A stretch of DNA of 64,000 bases from an uncultured Clostridia bacterium (lineage in GTDB: Bacteria > Bacillota > Clostridia > Christensenellales > Borkfalkiaceae), in contig CANQQY010000002.1 in NCBI GenBank assembly GCA_947626105.1, positions 101,083 to 165,082 of the forward strand. Reading direction: 5' to 3'. The position numbers and the translations under genes were made by a program. Below are positions 17,222 to 26,073 of this stretch, one piece after another. The notes below the pieces were generated by a model. The model had not been told where the DNA came from. It was given only the letters and a program-made list of their open reading frames with translations, and searched no databases. The stretch's first letter is position 1. The number at the start of each line of letters is the position of its first letter.

Positions 17222-18006
17222 TCCCCGCTGAAAATATCGTTAAAATCTTCGAGAACGAGATCGGGCTTGTCCGTAAAATTTTTCATGCTTTCGCGGGTCG
17301 TCTCGCCCGAAAGGACGAGGACGCTCCGCATGCCGCAGCGGTTCCCGAACCGGACGTCCGTGTGCATTCTGTCCCCGACCATGCACATCTCCCCCGCGGG
17401 AACGCCCGTGAGCCGCGCAAGATACTCCCCCATCGTCGGGTACGGCTTCCCGATCACGACCGCCTTGCGGCGGGAAGAATGCTCGAACATGGCGAGGAAG
17501 GAGCCGACGTCGGGCATCGAGCCGTAAGAGGTCGGACACACGTCGTCGGGATGGGTCGCAAGAAATGGCACGCCGCGCTGCAAGAATGCGTCGAGCCGCT
17601 TGATCTTCGCAAAGGTGAGCTCGGTATCATATGCGAGCACGCACACGTCGGGCGTATCGTCGGTGAGCGCGATCCCCGCCCTGCGGAATTCCGCCCGCAC
17701 CGCCTCGGTGGCGACAAGACACACCTTCGCCGCGGGGTATCTCTCTTTGAGATAGGAGACGGTCGCCATCGCCGAAGTATAGACGAGATCCCCCTTGCCG
17801 AACAGCCCGAGACGGGTGAGGCGCATACGGTACTCCTCTTCCGTCTTTGAAGAGTTGTTCGTCACAAAGACGAGCCGCTTTCCGCCCGCCCTAAGTTTTT
17901 TGAGCGTTGCGGGCATATCGCCGATGGGCTTTCCGTCCAGATAGACCGTCCCGTCGAGGTCGAGCAAAAATATTTTGACGGAGCGCAAGATCTCTTCCCT
18001 TGTCAT
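17218..18006 (-). CDS. HAD-IIA (NagD/AraL-like) sugar phosphatase
   Basis: FLLDLDGTVY (motif I), VFVTNNSS (motif II), GKP and GDRMHTDV (motifs III/IV). The real start MTREEIL at 18006 overlaps the upstream stop. The track ORF to 18975 is an artefactual extension. Confidence 0.8.
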   Translation of the reverse strand: MTREEILRSVKIFLLDLDGTVYLDGKPIGDMPATLKKLRAGGKRLVFVTNNSSKTEEEYRMRLTRLGLFGKGDLVYTSAMATVSYLKERYPAAKVCLVATEAVRAEFRRAGIALTDDTPDVCVLAYDTELTFAKIKRLDAFLQRGVPFLATHPDDVCPTSYGSMPDVGSFLAMFEHSSRRKAVVIGKPYPTMGEYLARLTGVPAGEMCMVGDRMHTDVRFGNRCGMRSVLVLSGETTRESMKNFTDKPDLVLEDFNDIFSGD

Positions 18007-19055
18007 AGTTCCTCCAAGAGCCCGAAGTCGCGGACGACGGCGGACAGCCCCGCGGCGCGCTCGGGCAGAGCGGAAAGCTCCGCGGGCGGGACTTTCTCCT
18101 CCTTCCCGCCGAAGGAGAGATAATTTCTCCTGTATGTAGCCATGTTCCGCGTGATAAATCCGAGTTCGCGCAAAAACTCCGCCCGCCGCCCGCCGAGCGC
18201 GAGAGACCGTCTCGTAAAATCCTCTTCCGTGGGGGGAAGGACGGGGGGAACGCCTGCCCGCCGCGCCCGCGCCGCATAATCCGCCACAACGTAGTGGCGC
18301 GGCTGTCCGCAGCGGAAAAAGGCGGTATACAGAGCGGTGAGCGCACAGAACGCCCCGAAGGAGGAGCTCCTCCGCGCGAGGACGATCCCCTCGCCAATGC
18401 CGTCCCCTTCCGTACGGCGGAGCGCCGCATTCTTTTGAAGGATCTCTTCCGCGCCGATCCCGTTGAGGTCGGCGAGCAGGGCATACCGCCGCTCCGAAGG
18501 GGCGGGCGTACGGTCGAAGATGGAGAGCGCACGCTGTTCGAAAAGGGCAAGGCGGTCGAGCAGCAGCCGCGCATAACCTTCCGCAAGGGAAGGGGCAATG
18601 AGCGCCCTGTCCACGCAGACTTCCGCCTCCGCGAGCGGAAAGGAAAGTTTTTCCCCGTCGAGCCCGACCTCTCCCTCCTTGCAGAACACGCCGTCGAAGG
18701 CGCTCTCCGCGGGAAGAAGCATGCAGGGGGTCCTGCGCACCTTCGCAAACAGGCGCGCCGATTTGAGGGTATCTGCGCCCCCTGCGGCGAGGACGCCGCC
18801 CACGACGTCGGGCATCGAGAAGAGCGGCAGGGCGTTTCCCTCGATCACGACGGTCATGACGCGCGGCATTCGCGACGCAAAGGAGAGCGCGGCGCAGCTT
18901 TTTTTGTCCAGAACGAGCAAGATCTTTCCCGCCGTCCTCTCCGCAAAGCGGGCGGCGCACTCCCCCGACGGGCAAAAAGAAAACCCGCCGTCCTCTCCGT
19001 ACCCCTTCCCATCTGCGGGATTTCTCTTCGGTACGGTAACATCGGCGAGTAACAT
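18003..19055 (-). CDS. Glycerol-1-phosphate dehydrogenase (AraM)/DHQS-fold-like protein (tentative)
   Basis: 350 aa. AAGGADTLKSARLFA resembles the GGGSxxDxAK segment of iron-ADH/G1PDH folds. Adjacency to an AraL-like HAD mirrors B. subtilis araL-araM. Confidence 0.35.
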   Translation of the reverse strand: MLLADVTVPKRNPADGKGYGEDGGFSFCPSGECAARFAERTAGKILLVLDKKSCAALSFASRMPRVMTVVIEGNALPLFSMPDVVGGVLAAGGADTLKSARLFAKVRRTPCMLLPAESAFDGVFCKEGEVGLDGEKLSFPLAEAEVCVDRALIAPSLAEGYARLLLDRLALFEQRALSIFDRTPAPSERRYALLADLNGIGAEEILQKNAALRRTEGDGIGEGIVLARRSSSFGAFCALTALYTAFFRCGQPRHYVVADYAARARRAGVPPVLPPTEEDFTRRSLALGGRRAEFLRELGFITRNMATYRRNYLSFGGKEEKVPPAELSALPERAAGLSAVVRDFGLLEEL

Positions 19056-19069
19056 GAATTCACCTCATA

Positions 19070-20116
19070 TCAAATTGAAAAGATCCTGACGGCCGCACAG
19101 CCCGCATAGCCGACGGCGACGCCGAATAAAAACATGCCGATCAGGATCAGAAACGCATTCTTTACGCTTTCGCGCCCGCGGAAGAGCGCAAGATATCCGA
19201 GACCCGCGTTCGCCACAAGTCCCCCGAGCAATCCGCCGAACCCGATGCCGCCGAGCGCGTAGACGTCCGCAAGCACGACGGACGAAGCGCAATTCGGAAT
19301 GAGCCCGACGGCGGAGCAGAGGAGCGGCTGGAACCAATATCCCGCGCCGCTCATGAACGCCCCGATCTTTTCCGCGCCTGCGTCCGCGTTTCCCCCGCCG
19401 ATCCCGAAAAAGATAAATCCGAACAGAAGATTCACGAGAAGCACGAACCCCGCAACTTCCAGCGCATGCAGAAGCGGCGAAAGGAAAAACAGACTGAAAG
19501 TACTCTCGTGCTTGTGCTCGCACACGGAGAGTTCCGCGCACTCACAGCTCCCGTCCTCATGCGCATGTTCACCCTCTTCCCAGACATGGTGGGCATGTTT
19601 TTCGTCCTCTGCGTGAGGTTCGCAGACATGGTCGTGCTCTTCCTCATGAACATGGACATGGGTATGCTCTTTTCCGTCATCATGGACATGGTGCTCGGGA
19701 ATGGGAAGCGGCTTTTTCGCCGTAAAGGCGTCGAGAAGATACCCCGCCCCGACGCCGAGCGCGAACTTACTCAAAAGGAGTGCCAAAAGCGACCAGAGTT
19801 TGAGATCCCACGCCGCATTCGAAAGGAGCAGGACGAGGAGCCCCTCGTCGCTCGTCGCGACAAAGACGGCAACGAGCGTTCCGAGCGTCAGATGGCGGTG
19901 CGCATAGAGCTTTGCCGCCATCACCGAAAATCCGCACATGGGCACAAGTCCCGTGGCCGCCCCGATGAGCGGCGCGGCTTTCCCCGAAAGAAGGCGGGAC
20001 GGATGCCCCATCCGCGTCTTATGCTCCATGAGTTCGATCAGGATATACAGCAAAAGGAGGAACGGAAAAAGTTTCAACGTGTCCAAGAGTGCGTCCAAGA
20101 TCACGTCATACCACAT
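19070..20116 (-). CDS. Polytopic permease (ArsP_2/putative metal transporter-like) with a His-rich loop
   Basis: About 10 TM spans. Central loop HHVHDDGKEHTHVHVHEEEHDHVCEPHAEDEKHAHHVWEEGEHAHEDGSCEC. Start ATG 20116 follows AAAGGAGG. Confidence 0.5.
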   Translation of the reverse strand: MWYDVILDALLDTLKLFPFLLLLYILIELMEHKTRMGHPSRLLSGKAAPLIGAATGLVPMCGFSVMAAKLYAHRHLTLGTLVAVFVATSDEGLLVLLLSNAAWDLKLWSLLALLLSKFALGVGAGYLLDAFTAKKPLPIPEHHVHDDGKEHTHVHVHEEEHDHVCEPHAEDEKHAHHVWEEGEHAHEDGSCECAELSVCEHKHESTFSLFFLSPLLHALEVAGFVLLVNLLFGFIFFGIGGGNADAGAEKIGAFMSGAGYWFQPLLCSAVGLIPNCASSVVLADVYALGGIGFGGLLGGLVANAGLGYLALFRGRESVKNAFLILIGMFLFGVAVGYAGCAAVRIFSI

Positions 20117-20136
20117 ACTCGACCTCCTTTGAATGT

Positions 20137-20165
20137 ATCTTACATGCTTTCCCCGCAAAAGTCAA
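20137..20165 (-). promoter_or_regulatory. Sigma-A type promoter of the permease operon
   Basis: Minus strand reads TTGACT, 17 nt, TAAGAT. Confidence 0.5.
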
Positions 20166-20186
20166 CCGTTTTGTCCTGAAAACCGC

Positions 20187-20219
20187 AAAAAAGAGCGCCC
20201 GCGGGGCGGACGCTCTTTT
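20187..20219 (-). terminator. Intrinsic terminator after the ABC ATPase gene
   Basis: Minus strand reads AAAAGAGCG-TCCGCCCCGCGG-GCGCTCTTTTTT. Confidence 0.7.
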
Positions 20220-20228
20220 GTACTTCGC

Positions 20229-21638
20229 TTATTCCTTCGGTTCTTCCGTAGGTTCTTCTTCCGTATTCTCGGCAGGCTCTGCCGCGGGTTCTGCCGCCGC
20301 CTCTGCGGATTCCGCAGCCGCGCGTCTTGCAGCCATCTTTTCGTCGCGTCTCATCTGCTTCTTCATTTCCTTGGTGACAACGCGCGCCGCGTCGATCTGC
20401 GCCTTCATTTCCTGGGGCGTAGGAGGCACGAAAGCCGCGCCCTCCGCGTTTTCGGGAATGACGTCGTAGTGCTCGTCGCGTTCGAGAAGGGTCGCCTCGG
20501 TGTAACCGTCGAAGAGATGGACGTGGCGGGCGTCGAATGCGAGTTTGACGACCTGCCCGAGCTCGACCGTCGCACGGGAGGAGATCTTCGCGACCATCTG
20601 CGCCGCATTTTCGACGACGGAGGTCTTTTCGCTCTCATAATCGAGGTCGCAGTAGATCTGCATCTCGGCGCCGAGCTTTTCGATGACGTCGATCTTGGCG
20701 GTGACGACGGTTTCGGGCGAGGTCGCGATGAACCGCTCATCCTCGTGGATATCCTCGGGACGGACGCCGAGCGTGACCGTCTTGCCCGTGTTCTTATACT
20801 CGTCAAGATTCTTGATGCGCTTCACCATCGTCTCGGGAAGAAGGATCTTGTTCCCGCCGATGAAGTTCACATAGATCTTCCCGTCCACTTCCGTGATCGT
20901 GGATTCCTTGAAGAAATTCATCTGGGGCGTGCCGATGAAGCCCGCAACGAAGAGGTTGATGGGATAGTCATAGAGGTTCTGGGGGGTATCGACCTGCTGC
21001 ATGAAGCCGTCCTTCATGACAACGATACGGGTACCCATCGTCATCGCCTCGATCTGGTCGTGCGTGACATAGATGAAGGTCGTGGCGAGGCGGACGTGGA
21101 GCTTACTGATCTCGGTACGCATCTGCGCACGGAGCTTCGCGTCCAAGTTGGACAGAGGCTCGTCGAGAAGGAATACCTTGGGCTCGCGGACGATGGTACG
21201 CCCGAGCGCGACACGCTGGCGCTGACCGCCGGAGAGCGCCTTCGGCTTACGGGACAGATAATCCGTGATGCCGAGGATCTTTGCGGCTTCTTTGACGCGC
21301 CTGTCGATCTCGTCCTTCGCGATCTTGCGGAGCTTCAAGCCGAACGCCATATTGTCGTAAACGGACATATGGGGATAGAGTGCGTAGTTCTGGAAAACCA
21401 TCGCGATGTCTCTGTCCTTGGGGACGACGTCGTTGACCAGCTTGTCGCCGATGTAAAGTTCGCCCGAAGAGATCTCTTCGAGGCCCGCGATCATGCGGAG
21501 CGTCGTGGACTTGCCGCAGCCGGAGGGGCCGACAAAGACCATGAATTCCTTATCCCTGATTTCGAGGCAGAAGTTGAACACCGCCTGGTTGCCGCCGGGA
21601 TAGATCTTGTTGATGCCTTTGAGTAAAAGACCGGACAT
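20229..21638 (-). CDS. MalK/MsmK/UgpC-type sugar ABC transporter ATP-binding protein with a ~100-aa C-terminal tail
   Basis: Walker A GPSGCGKST, signature LSGGQRQR, Walker B FLLDEPLS and a TOBE-like domain. Start ATG 21638 follows GGGAGGA. There is no permease gene next to it. Confidence 0.85.
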   Translation of the reverse strand: MSGLLLKGINKIYPGGNQAVFNFCLEIRDKEFMVFVGPSGCGKSTTLRMIAGLEEISSGELYIGDKLVNDVVPKDRDIAMVFQNYALYPHMSVYDNMAFGLKLRKIAKDEIDRRVKEAAKILGITDYLSRKPKALSGGQRQRVALGRTIVREPKVFLLDEPLSNLDAKLRAQMRTEISKLHVRLATTFIYVTHDQIEAMTMGTRIVVMKDGFMQQVDTPQNLYDYPINLFVAGFIGTPQMNFFKESTITEVDGKIYVNFIGGNKILLPETMVKRIKNLDEYKNTGKTVTLGVRPEDIHEDERFIATSPETVVTAKIDVIEKLGAEMQIYCDLDYESEKTSVVENAAQMVAKISSRATVELGQVVKLAFDARHVHLFDGYTEATLLERDEHYDVIPENAEGAAFVPPTPQEMKAQIDAARVVTKEMKKQMRRDEKMAARRAAAESAEAAAEPAAEPAENTEEEPTEEPKE

Positions 21639-21675
21639 AAATTTCCTCCCTGTTGATACAGATTTATATACTGTA

Positions 21676-21704
21676 ATTTTACGAAATTCCGAGCCTTTTT
21701 TCAA
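21676..21704 (-). promoter_or_regulatory. Sigma-A type promoter of the ABC ATPase gene
   Basis: Minus strand reads TTGAAA, 17 nt, TAAAAT. Confidence 0.5.
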
Positions 21705-21762
21705 GAGAAAAACCGACCAAACTTCCGACCCGATTTTGTACAATTTGCACAAAGGGGAATCA

Positions 21763-22135
21763 ATGACGCGGTTGCCCCTTTGGCGCTCCCTTGAGGGGGA
21801 GCTGGCACCGCAGACGCCCCCCTTGGCGCCCCTCTTAGGGGAGATGTCACGAGCTTGTGAGTGACAGAGGGGTTTCTTGGCTCCCCTTATAGGGGAGCTG
21901 GCGCGTTGCCCTTGCGCGACTGAGGGGGTGTCGTTCTAAATTACGTCACCCTGAGCCGCCGCTGACAAAAGCGGCGTGTCGAAGGGTCACCGCATTATCA
22001 TAAGGTGATGGTTCGACTGCGCTCACCATGACGTGATTACCCCCTCAGTCACGCGTCCTTGTGAGACTGATGGGGTTCCGAAACCCCTTTCCCCTCACTA
22101 TGTTCGGGGACTTCCCCTGAAAGGGGCAACGATCG
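21763..22135. repeat. Intergenic mosaic repeat cluster R2
   Basis: Family A modules (CCCCTCTTAGGGGAGATGTCACGAGCTTGTGAGTGACAGAGGGGTTTC), the junction motif GTTCTAAATTAC and a family C unit. Confidence 0.85.
21943..22034. repeat. Family C TIR-bounded hairpin unit, copy C1
   Basis: ACGTCACCCTGAGC...GCTCACCATGACGT termini, with an internal GGTCACCGCATTATCATAAGGTGATGG hairpin. Confidence 0.75.
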
Positions 22136-22144
22136 ACACTACAC

Positions 22145-22176
22145 ACAAAAAAGGACGACTGTTCTCCGTCGTCCTT
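22145..22176 (-). terminator. Intrinsic terminator after the rubredoxin-fusion gene
   Basis: Minus strand reads AAGGACGAC-GGAGAACA-GTCGTCCTT-TTTTTG. Confidence 0.7.
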
Positions 22177-22183
22177 GAAAAAA

Positions 22184-22963
22184 TTATTTTACCTCGGTAA
22201 AGGCACTCTTGGGTTCGCCGCATAAGGGGCAGACCCAGTCGTCTGGCAGTTCCTCAAAGGGGATCTTTCCGTCGTACTCATATCCGCAGACCGTACAGCG
22301 GTACTTCTTTTCCGCGGCCCCGCCGATCTTCATGAACATGTCTTTTCCCACGCCGCAAAGGGGGCATACCCAATCGTCGGGCAGATCCTCGAAGGGCACG
22401 TCGCCGTCGTACTCGTAGCCGCACACCTTGCAGACGTACCGCGCGCCCGTCCCCTTTTTGGGCTCCTCTTTGACATATGTGGGCGCGTTCACGCTCGTCT
22501 TTCCCTTCAATACCTTATGATAATAGGCATATGTCATGGGATCGCCGCCGTGCAAAACCTGCGCGTCGTACACCTCGCCCAAAAAGACGGTATGGGTGGA
22601 AGTTTCCATCTTCCCGATCACCTTGCAAGCGAAATAGCACAGGCAATCGTCCACAACGGGAAGTTTGGAGCGCACCGCATAGGCCGTCTCCGCAAACTTA
22701 TCGACGTCCCGCGAGGAGCGGAATCCGAAATTGCCCACGAGTTTGGGATCGACGTTTTCACCGAGCACGCAAATCGCAAAATACCCCGAATCGCCGATGC
22801 ACTTATGGGTATAATTGGCCTTATTGACGCTTACGGCGATCGTCGCGGGATCGGCAGTGATCTGCATGGCACTGTTGGCGACGCAGCCGACCGGCCTGCC
22901 CTCGTCCCATGTGGTGGCAAGATACACTCCGTATGATAATTGATAGAATGCAGTTTGATTCAT
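22184..22963 (-). CDS. Flavin reductase-like domain fused to two rubredoxin domains (Hrb-like)
   Basis: N-terminal FMN-binding split-barrel-like region. Two copies of CxxCG...[10 protein letters not shown] ([12 protein letters not shown]...; [12 protein letters not shown]...). Start set at ATG 22963 rather than the TTG at 22981. Confidence 0.75.
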   Translation of the reverse strand: MNQTAFYQLSYGVYLATTWDEGRPVGCVANSAMQITADPATIAVSVNKANYTHKCIGDSGYFAICVLGENVDPKLVGNFGFRSSRDVDKFAETAYAVRSKLPVVDDCLCYFACKVIGKMETSTHTVFLGEVYDAQVLHGGDPMTYAYYHKVLKGKTSVNAPTYVKEEPKKGTGARYVCKVCGYEYDGDVPFEDLPDDWVCPLCGVGKDMFMKIGGAAEKKYRCTVCGYEYDGKIPFEELPDDWVCPLCGEPKSAFTEVK

Positions 22964-22981
22964 AGGATCCCCTGACGACAA

Positions 22982-23010
22982 AAAAGGCGGACAAAAGCGT
23001 CCGTCCTTTG
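22982..23010 (-). terminator. Terminator after rpmF
   Basis: Minus strand reads AAAGGACGGAC-GCTTTT-GTCCGCCTTTTTT. Confidence 0.6.
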
Positions 23011-23014
23011 TTTG

Positions 23015-23203
23015 TTACTTCTTTTCGACAGGTTCGGGGACAACTTCTTTCCCGTCATACCAGCCGCAGTTCTTGCATACCCTGTGCGCAACTTTGAGTT
23101 CATGGCAATGGGGGCACTCTACAAGCGTCGCCGCCGTTGCCTTGTAGTTTGCAAAGCGCTTATCCGTTCTGCTCTTGGATTGTTTTCTCTTGGGAACCGC
23201 CAT
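23015..23203 (-). CDS. rpmF: 50S ribosomal protein L32
   Basis: MAVPKRKQSKSRTDKR... plus the CxxC...CxxC zinc knuckle. AAGAGGTG lies upstream. Confidence 0.95.
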   Translation of the reverse strand: MAVPKRKQSKSRTDKRFANYKATAATLVECPHCHELKVAHRVCKNCGWYDGKEVVPEPVEKK

Positions 23204-23224
23204 CTTACACCTCTTATTTTCTCG

Positions 23225-23635
23225 TTATTCGTTCTTTGTTTCATCTTCCGCACAGGCCTTGCACAGAAGTCTTTGGGGAAGCGCGAACAGGACCGTATCG
23301 CGCAGGAACTCCCGTAAATCGACGTATCCGTTTGCGTACCCGTACTCCTCATCCTCGGGGGAGGGCGAAAACACTCCTTCCGCAGGAAACACGATCTCCT
23401 CTTCCGCCGTGGCAAGGCAACGGGAACACAGCCCTTTGAGGGCAAACGTTACGGTGCCCGTCACTTCCGCTTTATCGTCAGAAAAGATCTCGTAGGAAAG
23501 CGCCGCCTTGACGGGAGAAGCAAACTCCACATAGGGAATATCCAGCCATGTTTCGTCCGCATCGAACGAAAAATCGAGTTTCCCCGTGAAATTTTTCCTC
23601 GCGGAACAGCCGCGGACGTCGATCCTCGGAATCAT
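23225..23635 (-). CDS. yceD: YceD/DUF177 family protein
   Basis: It sits immediately upstream of rpmF, as in most bacteria. CSRCL motif and an acidic tail. Confidence 0.7.
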   Translation of the reverse strand: MIPRIDVRGCSARKNFTGKLDFSFDADETWLDIPYVEFASPVKAALSYEIFSDDKAEVTGTVTFALKGLCSRCLATAEEEIVFPAEGVFSPSPEDEEYGYANGYVDLREFLRDTVLFALPQRLLCKACAEDETKNE

Positions 23636-23645
23636 TGACTGTCTT

Positions 23646-23674
23646 ATTATATTTTATTTGCGGCCTTCTGTCAA
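23646..23674 (-). promoter_or_regulatory. Consensus sigma-A promoter for yceD-rpmF
   Basis: Minus strand reads TTGACA, 17 nt, TATAAT. The -10 box ends 10 nt before the ATG, so the leader would be only 3-4 nt. Confidence 0.6.
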
Positions 23675-23721
23675 TCGTTTTTGCCTGCAATCTGCCCTGT
23701 TTTTCGCAATTTGCAAGAAAA

Positions 23722-24915
23722 TCAGAGGAGAGCCGCCGTCTCGCGGGCGATGACGAGCTCCTCGTTGGTGGGAATGACGAGGATCTTCACCTTGGAATCC
23801 GCCGCCGAGAGGTCGTGGATCGCGCCGTCGTTTTTATAGACGTTTTTCGCCTTGTCAAGCTTGACGCCGAACGCTTCCAGACCGTCGAGGATCCCTTCGC
23901 GCACCGAGGGGGTATTCTCCCCGACGCCCGCCGTAAAGACGATGACGTCCAGCCCGCCGAGCGCGGCCATATACGCGCCGACGTACTTCTTGCACGAATA
24001 GGAGAACATGTCGAGGGCGAGCTGCGCTCTCTCATTCCCCTCTTCCGCCGCCGCGCACAGATCGCGGAAATCCGACGAAACGCCCGAAACGCCCAACATG
24101 CCGCACTTTTTATTGAGATAGTTCACGCCCTCCGCAAAGCTCATCCCCTTCTTCTTGCAGAGGAACTCCACCGCCGCGACGTCGATGTCCCCGCTGCGCG
24201 TTCCCATGGGGACGCCCGCAAGGGGGGTGAAGCCCATCGTCGTGTCGATGCACTTTCCGCCCTTCACGGCGGAGATGGAAGAGCCGTTGCCGAGATGGCA
24301 GGTGATGATTTTCAACTCTTCGGGCTTTTTGCCGAGGTACTCCGCCGCCGCCGCGGATACAAACTTATGCGACGTGCCGTGGAAGCCGTATTTTCTCACC
24401 TTATAGTTTTTGTAATCGTCGTAGTCGATGCCGTAGAGATAGGCGTAGGGCGGCATGGTGGAGTGGAAGGACGTATCGAACGCCATCGCCATCTTCTTGC
24501 CGGGCATGATGGCGCGGCAAGCGTTGATCCCGAGGATCGCGGCGGGGTTGTGGAGGGGCGCGAGCTCGGAAAGCGGCTCGAGCTCCTTCATCGTTTCATC
24601 CGTGACGAGGGTGGTTTTCGTGAACGTCTCGCCCGAAGCGACGACGCGGTGCCCGACGGCGTCGATCTCGTCCATGGATTTGATCACGCCCGCTGTTTCG
24701 TCAACGAGTTCTTTGAGGACGAGGGAGATCGCGGCAGTGTGGTCGGGAAGCTCCTGCTCGATGACGTACGTCTCCCCGTGCGCCTTATGCGTGAGCTTGC
24801 CGCCGTCAATGCCGATGCGCTCGCACCCGCCTTTTGCGATGACTTCCTCGGTCTCCATATTGATGAGCTGGTATTTCAGGGAAGAGCTCCCCGCGTTGAT
24901 GACAAGTATTTTCAT
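23722..24915 (-). CDS. ackA: Acetate kinase
   Basis: MKILVINAGSSSLKYQL N-terminus; 397 aa. Confidence 0.95.
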   Translation of the reverse strand: MKILVINAGSSSLKYQLINMETEEVIAKGGCERIGIDGGKLTHKAHGETYVIEQELPDHTAAISLVLKELVDETAGVIKSMDEIDAVGHRVVASGETFTKTTLVTDETMKELEPLSELAPLHNPAAILGINACRAIMPGKKMAMAFDTSFHSTMPPYAYLYGIDYDDYKNYKVRKYGFHGTSHKFVSAAAAEYLGKKPEELKIITCHLGNGSSISAVKGGKCIDTTMGFTPLAGVPMGTRSGDIDVAAVEFLCKKKGMSFAEGVNYLNKKCGMLGVSGVSSDFRDLCAAAEEGNERAQLALDMFSYSCKKYVGAYMAALGGLDVIVFTAGVGENTPSVREGILDGLEAFGVKLDKAKNVYKNDGAIHDLSAADSKVKILVIPTNEELVIARETAALL

Positions 24916-24925
24916 AAAGACTCCT

Positions 24926-25963
24926 TTACTTTACCGTCTGCAAAGCCGTGATCGCGACCGCGCAAACGATATCGGCGGTCTTACAGCCGCGCGAAAGATC
25001 GTTGAGTGGTTTGGCAAACCCTTGGCAGATGGGACCGATCGCCTGGAACCCGCCCAGCCGTTCGGCGATCTTATAGCCGATATTGCCCGATTGGAGATCG
25101 GGGAAGATCAGGACGTTCGCATGCCCCGCCACCGTCGAATCGGGCGCTTTCAGCTTCGCGACTTCGGGGACGAGCGCCGCGTCGAATTGGAGCTCACCGT
25201 CGAGCATGAGATCGGGCGCCTTCTCCTTGGCGATGCGCGTCGCTTCCTGCACGAGGGTCACGTTGTCGTGCTTCGCGCTGCCCTTGGTGGAGAAGGAGAG
25301 CATGGCGACTCTGGGTTCGATCCCCGCGATCTCCTTCGCGCTCTTTGCGGTCGCGATGGCGCAGTCCGCAAGTCCTTCCGCCGTATATGTAGGATTCAGC
25401 CCGCAATCGGCGAACACGAGCACGTTGTCCTCCACATATTGATTCCTGCCCACCATGAGGTTGAAGCTGGATACGGCGGAAACGCCAGGCGCGGTCTTGA
25501 TGATTTGAAGCCCGGGACGGAGGGTGTTCGCCGTGGAATGGCATGCGCCCGAGACGAACCCGTCCGCATCGCCGCTTTTGAGCATGAGCGCGCCGAAGAA
25601 AGTATTGTCCTTCGCCTGCTCCTTTGCCTGCTCTTCCGTCATGCCCTTCGCCTTACGGAGTTCATACAGAAGATTTGCGTAGTCCGCAAGTTTTTCGCTC
25701 GTCTCGGGATCAATGATCTCCACGCCGCTAAGATCGACGTCGGGGTTGTCGAGCTTGATCCTGTCGGGATTGCCGAGCAAAACGATCCGCGCGACGCCGT
25801 CCTGCACGCAGATGGACGCCGCTTCGACGACGCGGCGGTCCTCGCCTTCGCAGAGGACGATCTTTTTGTTGATGGCGCCCGCCTTCTTCTTGATCTCGCC
25901 GACCAGCGTGCCGCTCTCCGCAACAGTTCTGCCGAATGCTTTCATTTTGTCTTTGAATGCCAT
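24926..25963 (-). CDS. pta: Phosphate acetyltransferase (short form)
   Basis: KKIVLCEGEDRRVVEAA ... DLSRGC motifs. It lies upstream of ackA. Start ATG 25963 follows GGAGAAAAA. Confidence 0.9.
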   Translation of the reverse strand: MAFKDKMKAFGRTVAESGTLVGEIKKKAGAINKKIVLCEGEDRRVVEAASICVQDGVARIVLLGNPDRIKLDNPDVDLSGVEIIDPETSEKLADYANLLYELRKAKGMTEEQAKEQAKDNTFFGALMLKSGDADGFVSGACHSTANTLRPGLQIIKTAPGVSAVSSFNLMVGRNQYVEDNVLVFADCGLNPTYTAEGLADCAIATAKSAKEIAGIEPRVAMLSFSTKGSAKHDNVTLVQEATRIAKEKAPDLMLDGELQFDAALVPEVAKLKAPDSTVAGHANVLIFPDLQSGNIGYKIAERLGGFQAIGPICQGFAKPLNDLSRGCKTADIVCAVAITALQTVK

Positions 25964-26008
25964 ATGATTTTTCTCCGTTGAACGCTTTATTTTTCGCTCC
26001 GCTTCGTG

Positions 26009-26044
26009 TATAATGGAAGCAAAGGAAATTTCCGTACCATTATA
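26009..26044. promoter_or_regulatory. Overlapping promoters of pta and tmcAL encoded by an inverted repeat
   Basis: GTATAATGG (plus strand, -10 at 26009-14) and CCATTATAC (minus strand, -10 at 26039-44), both with TGn. The predicted 5' ends overlap by roughly 10 nt. Confidence 0.45.
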
Positions 26045-26073
26045 CAACAATCGTCGGAAATTGTAAAGGGAAA

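Noticed and set aside
17218-18975. Track ORF of 585 aa fusing the HAD phosphatase with 323 upstream residues.
   Set aside because: The upstream part is an R/G/A-rich out-of-frame read of the neighbouring 350-aa gene. The HAD motif I (DLDGT) sits 15 residues after the internal MTREEIL, whose ATG overlaps the upstream stop (ATGA).
22964-22981. TTG start at 22981 for the rubredoxin-fusion gene and TTG start at 56343 for tgt, as given by the ORF track.
   Set aside because: For the rubredoxin gene, the ATG at 22963 has AGGGGA at the proper distance. For tgt the ATG at 56322 is preferred, but neither candidate has a clear Shine-Dalgarno site, so the uncertainty is noted in the feature.
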